Source: an uncultured Clostridia bacterium (lineage in GTDB: Bacteria; Bacillota; Clostridia; TANB77; CAG-508). From it: a stretch of 64,000 nucleotides of DNA. The position numbers were made by a program, and so were the translations under genes. Where the stretch lies: positions 16,591-80,590 of the forward strand of contig CANQCU010000004.1 in assembly GCA_947590905.1 (NCBI GenBank), given 5' to 3'. Positions 18,983 to 29,207 of the stretch are shown piece by piece. How positions within the stretch are numbered: the stretch's first letter is position 1; every line of letters begins with the position of its first letter. Under the pieces are notes generated by a model. That model did not search any database and was not told the DNA's origin. It saw nothing but the letters and a program-made list of their open reading frames with translations.

Positions 18983-19507
18983 ATGAAAAACCAGCAAAAC
19001 ATTCGGCCGTCTGTGAGTTTTGAAGATTTTGCGAAAATTTTCAAAGTTTTTGAATCTTTTCCATTCTTTGAATCTTGGACAGACAAAGAAATTTTGGAAG
19101 AGTATAACTCTTTCCAAAATGGTGGAATTATCTTTGGATATTTCACCGATGAGGGTAAGTGTGTAGGAATCCTGACCATGAAGCCTTATGAGCCTGGCAA
19201 ACACCCTGTAGAATATCCTAGCGATGCTAAGGTTATGTACCTCTCTGATGTCGCTACTCTTTTTGAGTATCGGAATATGGGCATTGCAACTAGTTTGTTC
19301 GAATATGCTATTCGACATTTCCAGGTCCTGGGATATGATTATATCTATCTTAGGACCAATGAAAAAAACTCTATGTCCTATGACATAGCTAAAAAGTGTG
19401 GCTTTGTCCGTCTTTACGATATTATTCAGGAAGTGGAGAGAAAAAGAGCTAATGGTACAATTACGAAGGACGCTAGAATCTTCATGGAGAAGAAATTATC
19501 AAAATAA
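18983..19507 (+). CDS. GNAT-family N-acetyltransferase, higher-GC gene
   Basis: Acetyl-CoA binding motif YRNMGIATSLF. GC is about 40 %. The start is chosen at MKNQQNIRP, which has an upstream ribosome-binding site. Confidence 0.6.
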   Translation: MKNQQNIRPSVSFEDFAKIFKVFESFPFFESWTDKEILEEYNSFQNGGIIFGYFTDEGKCVGILTMKPYEPGKHPVEYPSDAKVMYLSDVATLFEYRNMGIATSLFEYAIRHFQVLGYDYIYLRTNEKNSMSYDIAKKCGFVRLYDIIQEVERKRANGTITKDARIFMEKKLSK

Positions 19508-19550
19508 TCTGCTCAGTTTCATTACTGCGCTTAAGCAGTATATGGACATC

Positions 19551-19583
19551 TTAAAAGGTCATTTTAGAGAATTCTAAAATGAC
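19551..19583. terminator. bidirectional intrinsic terminator (aggtcattttagag-aattctaaaatgacct)
   Basis: Inverted repeat between the convergent GNAT and pepD genes. Confidence 0.55.
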
Positions 19584-19586
19584 CTA

Positions 19587-21014
19587 CTATTTTATACATT
19601 CTAATAATTTAATTATAAAATTCCACATTTTATTAGCTGATTTTATAGACATTCTCTCACTTGGACTATGTGCATCATAGATATTAGGAGCAATAGCAAT
19701 AAATTGCAAATTAGGTATTTTATCAGCAAAATATCCACATTCTAAGCAAGCTTGAACTCTTACTTTTTTTATTTTTTTATTAAATACTTTTAGATATAAA
19801 CTATCACATGTTCTTATTAATTTTGTATTTTCGTTTTGTTCATATCCTAAAATATATGTATAATCAACAACTTTAACATTACATTGATTCATAAGATTTT
19901 GTATATTTTTTTCTAACTGTTCTCCTAAACTATTTGAATTATATCTAATAGAATATATTAAATATATAGTATTTCCAACTGTTTCAACTGCTGCAAAGTT
20001 TCCTGATAAAATTATATTACCATACTGGTCACTTTCAATTGCTCCATTTTGAAATTCATTAATAAATTTTAATATATTCTGCGTAGTGTGTTTATTATAA
20101 CAGTTTGTTATATTATCTACTTTGTTAAATACTATATCTGCTGTTGGAAATTGTTTTCGTATTTTATTGAGTTCATCTTTTAAAAAAAGTATTTTTTTGT
20201 TTTCATAGTTATTGATAGAAAAAGTTATTTCACAGTTTCTTGGAATAATATTTACTTTACTTCCACCTATAAAATTTGATATGTATATATCTGAAAAATT
20301 ACTTAGCAATTTAGCTATTATCTTTATTGGATTTCCCCTTTTTTTATCGCCTATGTTTAATCCTGAATGTCCACCTTTAAAATGGGATAATTTTAATGAA
20401 TAGCTAGAAATTTTTTCATCATTTAACTCAATTTTTTCATCATTTATTGCTGATTTCCATTCTTTTGCAGTAGCAGAAGATATCCACATTTCATCTTCTC
20501 TAAAATTGTCAAAAGATATTATCTTTTTAGATTTTAAGACTCTTTCGTCAATAGAACTTGCCCCATTCATTGTTGTTTCTTCTTGTGTAGTAAATATACA
20601 TTCTAAAGCAGGTGATTTTATTTTTTCTGAATCAAGAATTGCTAAAATATATGCAATTCCTATTCCGTTATCTGCTCCTAAAGTTGTATTTTCAGCTTTT
20701 ATAAAATCTCCATCTATATTTAAATAAATTGGCTCTTTAGAGAAATCGTGTTCTGAATTTTTTCTCTTTTCACATATCATATCTATATGACATTGTAGTC
20801 CTAATATTTCTTTATATTCGTATCCTTCACTCGCATCTTTCCATATTATTACATTGTGCATTTTGTCTGTATAATATTTCAAGTTTTTATTAATTGCAAA
20901 ATCAATCAAGTACTTAGCAATTTTTTCTTCTTCTCCTGATTTTCTTGGTATTTTACTTATTTCTATAAAATATTTCCAAAATTCCTCATTTAGTAATTTC
21001 ATTTTATCCTCCAA
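19587..21014 (-). CDS. pepD: aminoacyl-histidine (Xaa-His) dipeptidase, M20 family
   Basis: HDFSKEPI, GADNGIGIA, LKGGHSG and CLECGY are collinear with PepD. Confidence 0.7.
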   Translation of the reverse strand: MEDKMKLLNEEFWKYFIEISKIPRKSGEEEKIAKYLIDFAINKNLKYYTDKMHNVIIWKDASEGYEYKEILGLQCHIDMICEKRKNSEHDFSKEPIYLNIDGDFIKAENTTLGADNGIGIAYILAILDSEKIKSPALECIFTTQEETTMNGASSIDERVLKSKKIISFDNFREDEMWISSATAKEWKSAINDEKIELNDEKISSYSLKLSHFKGGHSGLNIGDKKRGNPIKIIAKLLSNFSDIYISNFIGGSKVNIIPRNCEITFSINNYENKKILFLKDELNKIRKQFPTADIVFNKVDNITNCYNKHTTQNILKFINEFQNGAIESDQYGNIILSGNFAAVETVGNTIYLIYSIRYNSNSLGEQLEKNIQNLMNQCNVKVVDYTYILGYEQNENTKLIRTCDSLYLKVFNKKIKKVRVQACLECGYFADKIPNLQFIAIAPNIYDAHSPSERMSIKSANKMWNFIIKLLECIK

Positions 21015-21242
21015 AATAGTATCCTGCTTTTTTCTAAAATAAAAAATGTAAGTTTCTATAACCTACATTTTATTGTTATCACAATATTTTGTAGGCACAC
21101 ATTTAACACTTGTACCTACGATTAAACTTAGGTAACAAGTGTATATTAATGGTGATGTAATTTTAATATTGTGATTAATATCATTTTCTTACCTCTAATA
21201 TATTGTTATTATATTATATTATTTTTATACAGTCAATACTTT

Positions 21243-22943
21243 TTATTGTTTTGGAATAATATGTACCTTCTCTTGTGTCTCATCACTTACATACACATCT
21301 ATTGTTTCCAATCCAATATCTACTTTTTTTGCTCCTTCTATTTTTCCTCCAAAATCTTTTCTTACAATGATTGCTGTGTTTGCTTGTTCTAACTCCAATT
21401 CCTCTTCTTCATAATATTTTTTATAATCACAACTCAATATTCCAAAGAAATAATAATCTTCTAGGGCATAAGCATATACTTTGCTATAATCTCTTTTTAA
21501 GAAATTTGCAAGTTTAATATAATCTGGCATTTTCTTTGTTCCTTGTGCCACTGAGTTAGATAAATATAATGGTTGTGCTAAATTAAATGGCATTATAATT
21601 ATTAGACTTGTAATTAGTATTACTATAAAAGATCCTAATTTTTTTACTACTTTTCCTTCTCTTTTTAAATCTAACCACACTAAAATAATCCCAAACATTA
21701 AAACTATTAGCTTTGTTCCAGCTCCATTTAGTTTCATATTTAATGTTAGTATTGTAAGATATAGATAAGCATCTATTCCGGTTATTTTAGGAGTTGCTTT
21801 TATATAGTAAATAATTAGATTTAATGCAAACATAGCAGTTATAATATAAATCCATTTTGATATTTTAATATCTTTTTCTTCTAATTTTAAAAACATTAGT
21901 ATATATGGAATTGCAAATATTGATAGGTATCTTACACATATTTTGCCTGGAAACATATTGCCTGTTTCCTCTGGGATATAAACTATTGCAGACACTTCAA
22001 TTACTGTAAAAATCATACTTAAAGTTACAAACTTTAAAAATTCTCTATCTTCTTTTTCATACTCTTTGTAATTAAATAAAGGTATTAAAACTGGCAAGAC
22101 CCCAAATGCAGAAATTGAGAATACTAGATATTCAACTATACCATATAGAAAATATCCTATTTTACTGATATTTAATGGAAATATACTCATTATTTGTCTA
22201 TCATAATGATTTACTCCATTTTGAAAATTATTAATTATGTATATTATAAAATATCCTAAAAATATCAAGCTTATAAATGCTATCCCTTGATAAAATATTT
22301 TTTGAATTTCTTTTGAGTTCTTGTCCTTCAAATTTTTAACAAATACACATATGAAATACGCAAATGCAATTACTATTGTATATGATTTTGTGAAAAACAA
22401 TATTGCAAATGCTATTATTATTAATATGTCTCGTTTTATATTCTCTTTTTTTGTGAATTTATTATAAACAAGATATGCTATCCATAGAAAAATTGGATAA
22501 CTAAAATTTTCTTGAATTAGATATGCTCCTGATACCATATCTGGAATTATAAGCATTAATGCTGATATTCCAAGAGCTTTTATTTTGCTTTTAAGTATGT
22601 CCTTTGATAACAGATAAACTGGAATTATGCTTGAGGCCATTGCTATTACGCCAATCATTCTCATTATAAATAAGATATTCTCTGGATTATAGAAAAAATA
22701 TGCTAGCGATAAAATTACTGAATATATTATACAACTGTAATTTAGCACTTGGTATTCTCTTGAAAAATTTCCATTATAAAAAAAAGATCTTGCCATGTTA
22801 ACATATAGGTCTTCATCATTACTTTCATAAATTGGAACTGTCATTCTTCTTGCAATATTTCCATATATCAATATACATAATATGAATAACAGTATAAGGC
22901 ATAGTTTTGTATGTCTTTCTAAGAAATTCTTAATTTGTTTCAT
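21243..22943 (-). CDS. polytopic membrane protein, GT-C-type glycosyltransferase-like (ArnT/PMT-like), putative
   Basis: About 14 TM segments, an N-terminal loop with acidic and aromatic residues, and a C-terminal soluble domain. The assignment is tentative. Confidence 0.4.
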   Translation of the reverse strand: MKQIKNFLERHTKLCLILLFILCILIYGNIARRMTVPIYESNDEDLYVNMARSFFYNGNFSREYQVLNYSCIIYSVILSLAYFFYNPENILFIMRMIGVIAMASSIIPVYLLSKDILKSKIKALGISALMLIIPDMVSGAYLIQENFSYPIFLWIAYLVYNKFTKKENIKRDILIIIAFAILFFTKSYTIVIAFAYFICVFVKNLKDKNSKEIQKIFYQGIAFISLIFLGYFIIYIINNFQNGVNHYDRQIMSIFPLNISKIGYFLYGIVEYLVFSISAFGVLPVLIPLFNYKEYEKEDREFLKFVTLSMIFTVIEVSAIVYIPEETGNMFPGKICVRYLSIFAIPYILMFLKLEEKDIKISKWIYIITAMFALNLIIYYIKATPKITGIDAYLYLTILTLNMKLNGAGTKLIVLMFGIILVWLDLKREGKVVKKLGSFIVILITSLIIIMPFNLAQPLYLSNSVAQGTKKMPDYIKLANFLKRDYSKVYAYALEDYYFFGILSCDYKKYYEEEELELEQANTAIIVRKDFGGKIEGAKKVDIGLETIDVYVSDETQEKVHIIPKQ

Positions 22944-23011
22944 TTGTTATTCCACCTTTAAACAAACAAAACCTATATGGTAATTCATATAGGTTTTAAG
23001 TTCACTCTTCT

Positions 23012-24271
23012 TTATTTTTTATTCCATCCTTCTTTATTTGTCTGTCTTTCTCTTGCAATACTTAATGAATCTTTTGGAACATCATCTGTTATTGTAGAAC
23101 CAGCAGCAATTAGAGTGTTATCTCCTACTGTGACTGGTGCTATAAAGTTAACATTTGAACCTACAAATGAATTGTTTCCTATTATTGTTTTACTCTTTTT
23201 AAATCCATCATAGTTACATGTAATAGTTCCACAACCAATATTGGTATGACTTCCTATTTCACAATCTCCCATGTATGAAAGATGTGGTACTTTTGTTCCT
23301 TCCCCTATTATTGCCTTTTTTAATTCTACAAAGCTTCCGATTTTAACATTATCTGCTATTTTGCATCCTTCTCTTATATATGCATTTGGTCCTATTTCGC
23401 AATTTTCTCCAATTACAACTCCTGATTTTATTGTTGTATTTGGATGTATTACTGTATCTGGTCCTATTTCTACATCATCATAAATGTATGTGTTATTTGT
23501 ATCTTCTATTGTAACTCCATTTTCCATGTGTTTCTGATTTATTCTTATTCTTAATATTCTTGTTAGCATTTCGAGTTGCATTCTATCGTTTACACCTAAT
23601 GTTTCTGTGTTGTCTTCTACTACAATTGTACCTGTCTTTAATCCTTTTTCATTCATTATTTTAATAACATCTGTTAAGTAATACTCTCCTTGTGCATTAT
23701 GATTATCTAGTTTTTCTAATGCAAGTATTAGTTCTTCTATATCAAAGCAATATACTCCTGCATTTATTTCTTTTATCTTCTTTTGTTCTTCGTTAGCATC
23801 TTTTTCTTCTACTATTTCTTTTACATTTCCACTAGCATCTCTTATTATTCTTCCGTATCCTGTTGGGTTATCATATATTGCTGTTAATACTGTTGCATAC
23901 TCTTTATCAAGCACACTTTTTGCAATTATCTTTTTTATGGTTTCTGGTCTTATTATTGGGACATCACCATAAAGCACTACAACTTTTCCTTTTCTTCCTT
24001 TTAAAAAAGGAATTGCTTGCATTGCTGTATGTCCTGTTCCAAGTAGTTCTTCCTGATATGCATATGTTACACTATCTCCTAATACTTTCTCTACTTCTTC
24101 TCTTTTATGTCCAACAACTGTTATAATATCTTTTATTCCTGCCTTATATGCAGTCTCAACAACTCTTACAACTAATTCTTTTCCATATATCTTATGTAAA
24201 ACTTTTGCTTTGTTAGTTTTCATTCTTGTGCCTTTTCCAGCTGCCATTACAACTGCAATTACGTCTTCCAC
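23012..24271 (-). CDS. glmU: bifunctional UDP-N-acetylglucosamine pyrophosphorylase / glucosamine-1-phosphate N-acetyltransferase
   Basis: AVVMAAGKGTRM nucleotidyltransferase motif, a left-handed beta-helix hexapeptide region, and a C-terminal …KEGWNKK. Confidence 0.85.
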   Translation of the reverse strand: MEDVIAVVMAAGKGTRMKTNKAKVLHKIYGKELVVRVVETAYKAGIKDIITVVGHKREEVEKVLGDSVTYAYQEELLGTGHTAMQAIPFLKGRKGKVVVLYGDVPIIRPETIKKIIAKSVLDKEYATVLTAIYDNPTGYGRIIRDASGNVKEIVEEKDANEEQKKIKEINAGVYCFDIEELILALEKLDNHNAQGEYYLTDVIKIMNEKGLKTGTIVVEDNTETLGVNDRMQLEMLTRILRIRINQKHMENGVTIEDTNNTYIYDDVEIGPDTVIHPNTTIKSGVVIGENCEIGPNAYIREGCKIADNVKIGSFVELKKAIIGEGTKVPHLSYMGDCEIGSHTNIGCGTITCNYDGFKKSKTIIGNNSFVGSNVNFIAPVTVGDNTLIAAGSTITDDVPKDSLSIARERQTNKEGWNKK

Positions 24272-24455
24272 TTTTCTTCCTCCATTCCTAGAACAAAGCC
24301 TTTCTTACAATTTCTTTGTTCTTACCAATTTGAGTTTGCACTTAAATAAAACAAAACTCATAGGTTAAGCTCAAACCATTTCATTTTCTTATAAATTAAT
24401 AATTTTTAGGGAAATAAAACAGTCATTATAGTATATGAATTATTTATTATTATGT

Positions 24456-24788
24456 TTACTTTTCATTCCATCTAGCAATTTTTATATTTCTATAAATATC
24501 AAGAATTTTCGTGTACTTCTGATATTCATCTTCCCATAACATTCCTGGAACCTTATCGAAAGCATTAAATACCTTCTCAGCTTCCATTAAAAAAACTATT
24601 TGTTGATTTGTTGACATTTTTTCGTACTTTTTAGATACTTCATAAAGATTATCTAAAATTTGGTTTGCTTGTATGAAATCAAAGAAATCTTTTATTTTCA
24701 TACCTGCTTGCCTTATTTGCATTATTGCAAATGCGATTAAACCAACTATTATTAAAATTAATAAAACTATTATATGTAATATTTCCAC
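24456..24788 (-). CDS. small membrane-anchored hypothetical protein (110 aa)
   Basis: N-terminal TM helix. No family recognised. Confidence 0.3.
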   Translation of the reverse strand: MEILHIIVLLILIIVGLIAFAIMQIRQAGMKIKDFFDFIQANQILDNLYEVSKKYEKMSTNQQIVFLMEAEKVFNAFDKVPGMLWEDEYQKYTKILDIYRNIKIARWNEK

Positions 24789-24955
24789 TTTTGTTCTCTC
24801 CTATATTTTTGCATTTGTATTGTAGCATAATTCTATTTTTTTTGCAACTTTCTATATTTTCCTTGAATTTAGATTTACTTTGCAAAAGCTTTTAAAAGTA
24901 ACAGTTAATTCCTTATGTCTTTTTTAGTTTACTGTACAAATTAAAATATATTAAT

Positions 24956-26120
24956 CTACTTTAATATTTTGAAATCTTTTAAATTATTTTCACATTCTTT
25001 AATGAAAAATTTATCTGTTTGTCCTGAAATATAATCTATTACTATTCTTCTTATATCTGTATTATCCTTGTATTCCTCTGTTTTATTATTTATAAATCTG
25101 AATAGTGATTTTTCACTTGGTGTCATGCTATCATCTATTTCTATAGACTTTCTATAATTTGCTTTTTTTAAATAAAAATAGAATAACTCATTAAAAGCTT
25201 TTTCTAAAATATCTAAATTCATTTGTGCCTCTTTTGATGTGTATATATTTTCATAATTCCATTCTTTAAGTTTTAAAAGGCTTTCAAATATTTCATCTGA
25301 AAATTGAAGATATGGTTTATCTATACTATTTTCTATAACATCCATTATTAATGTATTTACAATTTGAGCATTCGTATTTCCTAAATTTTTTGTTATTTCT
25401 TCTGGTAAATCTTCTCTTTTTATCGAACCCACTATTATAGCGTCTTCTATGTCACGTCCAATGTATGCTATTATATCTGATAATCTTACAACGCATCCTT
25501 CTAAGGTCATTGGTCTTATTTTTTTGCTATAATTTTCTACTGAAAATACTTTTTTTAGTTCTTCTAAAAATTGTTCTTTTGTTTTAGTTCTATCAGGTTC
25601 ATACTTATTTAAAAGTAATTCTCCATTGTGTGAAAGTATTCCGGTCCATTGTTTGTACAGTTAAATTTAGGTTTTCTATATCTTTTAGCATTTTTACACT
25701 TTGAGCATTATGGCAAAAGTATCCTATTCCTTCTTTTCTTGTAAGATTATCTAAGAATCTTTCTCCCGCATGTCCAAAAGGAGCATGACCTACATCATGT
25801 CCAAGTGCAATTGCCTCTATTAAATCCTCATTCAATCTTAATGCTCTTCCTATTGTTCTGGCTTCCTTTGCAACTAATTGAACATGAAGTACCCTGTGTG
25901 TAATATGATCATTTTTTATAAATGCATAAACCTGAGTTTTATCTATGTATCTAGTATAACTTTGTGAGTGTATTATTTTATCTATGTCTCTAAAAAATAT
26001 TGGCCTAATATCAGGTTCCTCTTCATTTAGTTTTATTCCTTCTTCTGCCTTACAGGCATCTTTTGAAAATGATTTTTCATTTGTAAGCATTACTTTTCTT
26101 AAATCCTTTGATCTTGCCAA
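24956..26120 (-). CDS. dgt: HD-domain dGTP triphosphohydrolase-like protein; frame broken by a 1-nt insertion near 25643
   Basis: HD motif HDVGHAPFGHAGE. The upstream frame ends …NLTVQTMDRNTFTQWRITFK*. Deleting the C in 'gac[c]ggaata' gives NLTVQTMDGILSHNGELLLNKYEPDRTKTKEQF… continuous into ORF 24956-25510. Confidence 0.7.
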
Positions 26121-26124
26121 ATCT

Positions 26125-26811
26125 TTACTCTCCTTCTTCTATTGATTCTTCTTTTGCTATATCTTCTTGTAGTTCTGCTGTAGATTTGTCTTTTGTACTG
26201 TTATCTAATTCTTCTATACCATTTTGTTTTAATTTATTTTCTTGTACATCTTGTTCTTCTAATAAATCATCTATAACTATTTGTCTATTTTCATCTACCC
26301 TATATTTTGGAAGCTCTGGTAAGTCTTCTAATGTGTTAAGTCCAAATTTTTTTAAGAAGTTTTCTGTTGTTTTATATGACATTGGTTTCCCTGGAAGATC
26401 CAATTTTCCCGCTTCTTCTATTAAATTATGTTCTAATAATCTATATAGAGAAGCATCTGAGCCAACACCTCTAATATTATCTATCTCTGCTCTTGTAATT
26501 CTTGGATTATATGCAATTATTGCAAGTACTTCAAGTGCTGCTTGTGATAGATTAGGCTTAGCTCTTTTATCTATTATATTATATATGTATTCATGATATT
26601 CTCTTTTACTCGAAATTGTATATCCTTTATTTACACATACAATCTCTATTCCTCTTGATTCTTCTTTTCCTTCTTTTATCATTTCTTCTATAATTTCTGA
26701 AATTTCTTTTTTATCTACTTCGAGACTTAATACAAGTTCATCTAAAGTTACAACTCTACCACTTGCAAATAGTATTGCTTCTATTATTCCCTTTATTTTT
26801 GCTCTTTCCAT
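26125..26811 (-). CDS. scpB: segregation and condensation protein B
   Basis: ILFASGRVVTLDEL… winged-helix ScpB signature. Confidence 0.8.
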   Translation of the reverse strand: MERAKIKGIIEAILFASGRVVTLDELVLSLEVDKKEISEIIEEMIKEGKEESRGIEIVCVNKGYTISSKREYHEYIYNIIDKRAKPNLSQAALEVLAIIAYNPRITRAEIDNIRGVGSDASLYRLLEHNLIEEAGKLDLPGKPMSYKTTENFLKKFGLNTLEDLPELPKYRVDENRQIVIDDLLEEQDVQENKLKQNGIEELDNSTKDKSTAELQEDIAKEESIEEGE

Positions 26812-26898
26812 TTCTCCTCCAAAATAACTGTTTTATGTATTATATCACAATCAATAATTTTTAAAAAGATAATTTATAATTTATTCATAAAAATTATA

Positions 26899-28803
26899 TT
26901 AATCAATTACATTACTAAACAAATTATTTTTTATTATTGTGTCTGATAAATATATTTCGTCTATCATTTTTTCTAATAAAGTTTTCAATTCTTCTGTTTC
27001 TTCTATTTCCTCTAAAGTATTTCTATCATAGTATTTATCATTTATGCAGTAATTCTTACTTGTTACAAATCCTAATCCCTTTATAAATGAATAATCTAAA
27101 TTAGAGAAAATTGAATTTCCTATTGAATAATTATCTTCTATCCCTAAAAGTTGTAATATTGTTGGTTTTATATCTATTTTCGATACTGCTGTTTCTATAT
27201 TCTTTTCATCTTCTATCCCTGGTATTTTTATTCCAAAAGGTACATGTACATCATTAAATAATTTATCAAATTCTGTATATTCTGTACCATTTTCTTCATA
27301 TAGTCTTTTTATATCCTTAGTATACGCAATTCCTGCCCCGTGATCGCCATACGCTATAATTATAGTATTATCCATTAATCCTGTTTCTTCCATTTTTTGT
27401 ATAAATTTTCCAAATGCATAATCCGTAAAATTACAAGCTCTAATATAGTTTCTAAAAATCCAATTATCATACCCTGATAAATCTTCTTCTGCTATTGTTA
27501 ATTTTTCTTCTAGATTTGATGCTCCATCTAATCCAAATGGTATATGTGTTGTTACTGTTACTAGTGTTGTACAGAATTTTCCTTGATATTTTTCCATCTT
27601 ATCTACTGCTTGTTCAAAGAAATCTGCATCCGAATAAAATTCTCCTACATGTTCTAAATTATCAAAAGCATTTATATCATCATATTCATCTATATTATAT
27701 CCAACATTATATACTTCTGATCTATTCCAAAATGTACTTGTATTTGGATGCATAAATGATGTGTAATATCCATTGCTTCTTAAAGTTGTATAAATATCTA
27801 GCCATGTATTGTCATAATACTTTTGAAATGCATATCCATTTTCTAATGGATACATTGAATTTTCCATTTCAAATTCTGAGTCCGCTGTACTTCCAAGTCC
27901 TTGATTATACATATTTGTGCAGTATATGTTATCTTTAAAAAATTTATTTAAGTTTGGAGTTATTTCTTTTCCATTTATTGTTTTTCCGATAATATATTGA
28001 TTCAAACTTTCTAATTGTACTATTACAACATTTTTGTCTTGTGCTATATTAGTGTATTCTTCATTTCTTTGTTTTTCATTTATATTCTTAGCATATATTT
28101 CTTTTAATTTTTCTTCATCTACATCTTCTTTTGCAAATAGACTGTATACGTAATCCTTAGCATCTTCTACTTGATAATAGTAAATTGAAGCAGTTTTTAC
28201 TATTAATGATTTATTATAAGATTTTTCATTATATATAAAATCGACACTAAGTAATACCGCTAATATGTTTAGCACTAAAATTCCTGTCTTTAGTGTTAAT
28301 TTGAATATTTTTTTAGGATAACGTGACATATTCATAATCTTTTTAGCAAATATTATACTTAAAATTGCTACTAAGACATTATCTAAGAAAAACATTAATA
28401 TATTTTTTACATTTATTAGGGTTATAAGCCCTCCACCTATTTCTTTAACATATTTTAGATTTCTTATTTGATAGAAAGATATAAAATTTGTTGAATAATC
28501 ATAATAGAGATAATTTGCATATATGATTATAGTCGCTATGAGATAAACAATATTAAGATATATTAAGCCAAATTTATTTTTGTGATTTATTGTAGGAGAC
28601 ATGATTAATAATGATGCTGTAATTGAATAAAATACAACAAATATGTTTATTTCTAAGCCTAAAACACAATTTAAAAATATTGATTTATATGTAAGTAATA
28701 ATGTTCCAATTGCAAATATTATGTTATGTCTTAATAAACTTAGTAGTCTTTCTAATTTGCTATATTTTCTTAGTGCTTCCATTTGTCCTCCAATTTTTAT
28801 CAT
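26899..28803 (-). CDS. LtaS-family polyglycerolphosphate transferase / sulfatase-domain membrane protein
   Basis: Five N-terminal TM helices followed by an extracellular alkaline-phosphatase-superfamily domain (…GLGSTADSEFE…). Confidence 0.75.
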   Translation of the reverse strand: MIKIGGQMEALRKYSKLERLLSLLRHNIIFAIGTLLLTYKSIFLNCVLGLEINIFVVFYSITASLLIMSPTINHKNKFGLIYLNIVYLIATIIIYANYLYYDYSTNFISFYQIRNLKYVKEIGGGLITLINVKNILMFFLDNVLVAILSIIFAKKIMNMSRYPKKIFKLTLKTGILVLNILAVLLSVDFIYNEKSYNKSLIVKTASIYYYQVEDAKDYVYSLFAKEDVDEEKLKEIYAKNINEKQRNEEYTNIAQDKNVVIVQLESLNQYIIGKTINGKEITPNLNKFFKDNIYCTNMYNQGLGSTADSEFEMENSMYPLENGYAFQKYYDNTWLDIYTTLRSNGYYTSFMHPNTSTFWNRSEVYNVGYNIDEYDDINAFDNLEHVGEFYSDADFFEQAVDKMEKYQGKFCTTLVTVTTHIPFGLDGASNLEEKLTIAEEDLSGYDNWIFRNYIRACNFTDYAFGKFIQKMEETGLMDNTIIIAYGDHGAGIAYTKDIKRLYEENGTEYTEFDKLFNDVHVPFGIKIPGIEDEKNIETAVSKIDIKPTILQLLGIEDNYSIGNSIFSNLDYSFIKGLGFVTSKNYCINDKYYDRNTLEEIEETEELKTLLEKMIDEIYLSDTIIKNNLFSNVID

Positions 28804-29117
28804 TTATACTGATTTTCTAATTTTTTATACTACTTTGCTTGTTTACCTCTACTTTGTTGGTTTTATTATATTTTGCATTATATCATATGTAAAATTTATT
28901 GGCAACTATTCTTTGGATATCCTATTACTGCTTAAATCTAAGTCCATTTTTTCCCTAGTTACATATTGGTAAACTATGATAATTTAAAGGAGCGATTCTA
29001 CGGCGAATCCTTGTTTAACCAATATAATCAGGGCGACTCGATTTCTCTTATATTAGTGGAAAATTTAGACAAAAATGGTCACATCCTTGAACGCACATTA
29101 GAATTGCCAGAATGAGC

Positions 29118-29156
29118 AAAAGCCCAATTATTGCTGTTTGCAATAGTTGGGCTTCT
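29118..29156 (-). terminator. intrinsic terminator hairpin (agcccaa … ttgggct) downstream of gene 29208-30713
   Basis: 7-bp GC-containing stem followed by a T-rich run on the minus strand. Confidence 0.4.
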
Positions 29157-29207
29157 GGTTAAAATATAGAATCAATAATTATAAATTTTTTGCTATTAAC
29201 TTTGTTT

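Noticed and set aside
24679-24885. 68-aa minus-strand ORF overlapping ORF 24456-24788
   Set aside because: The overlap is out of frame and the translation is low-complexity. It is probably spurious.
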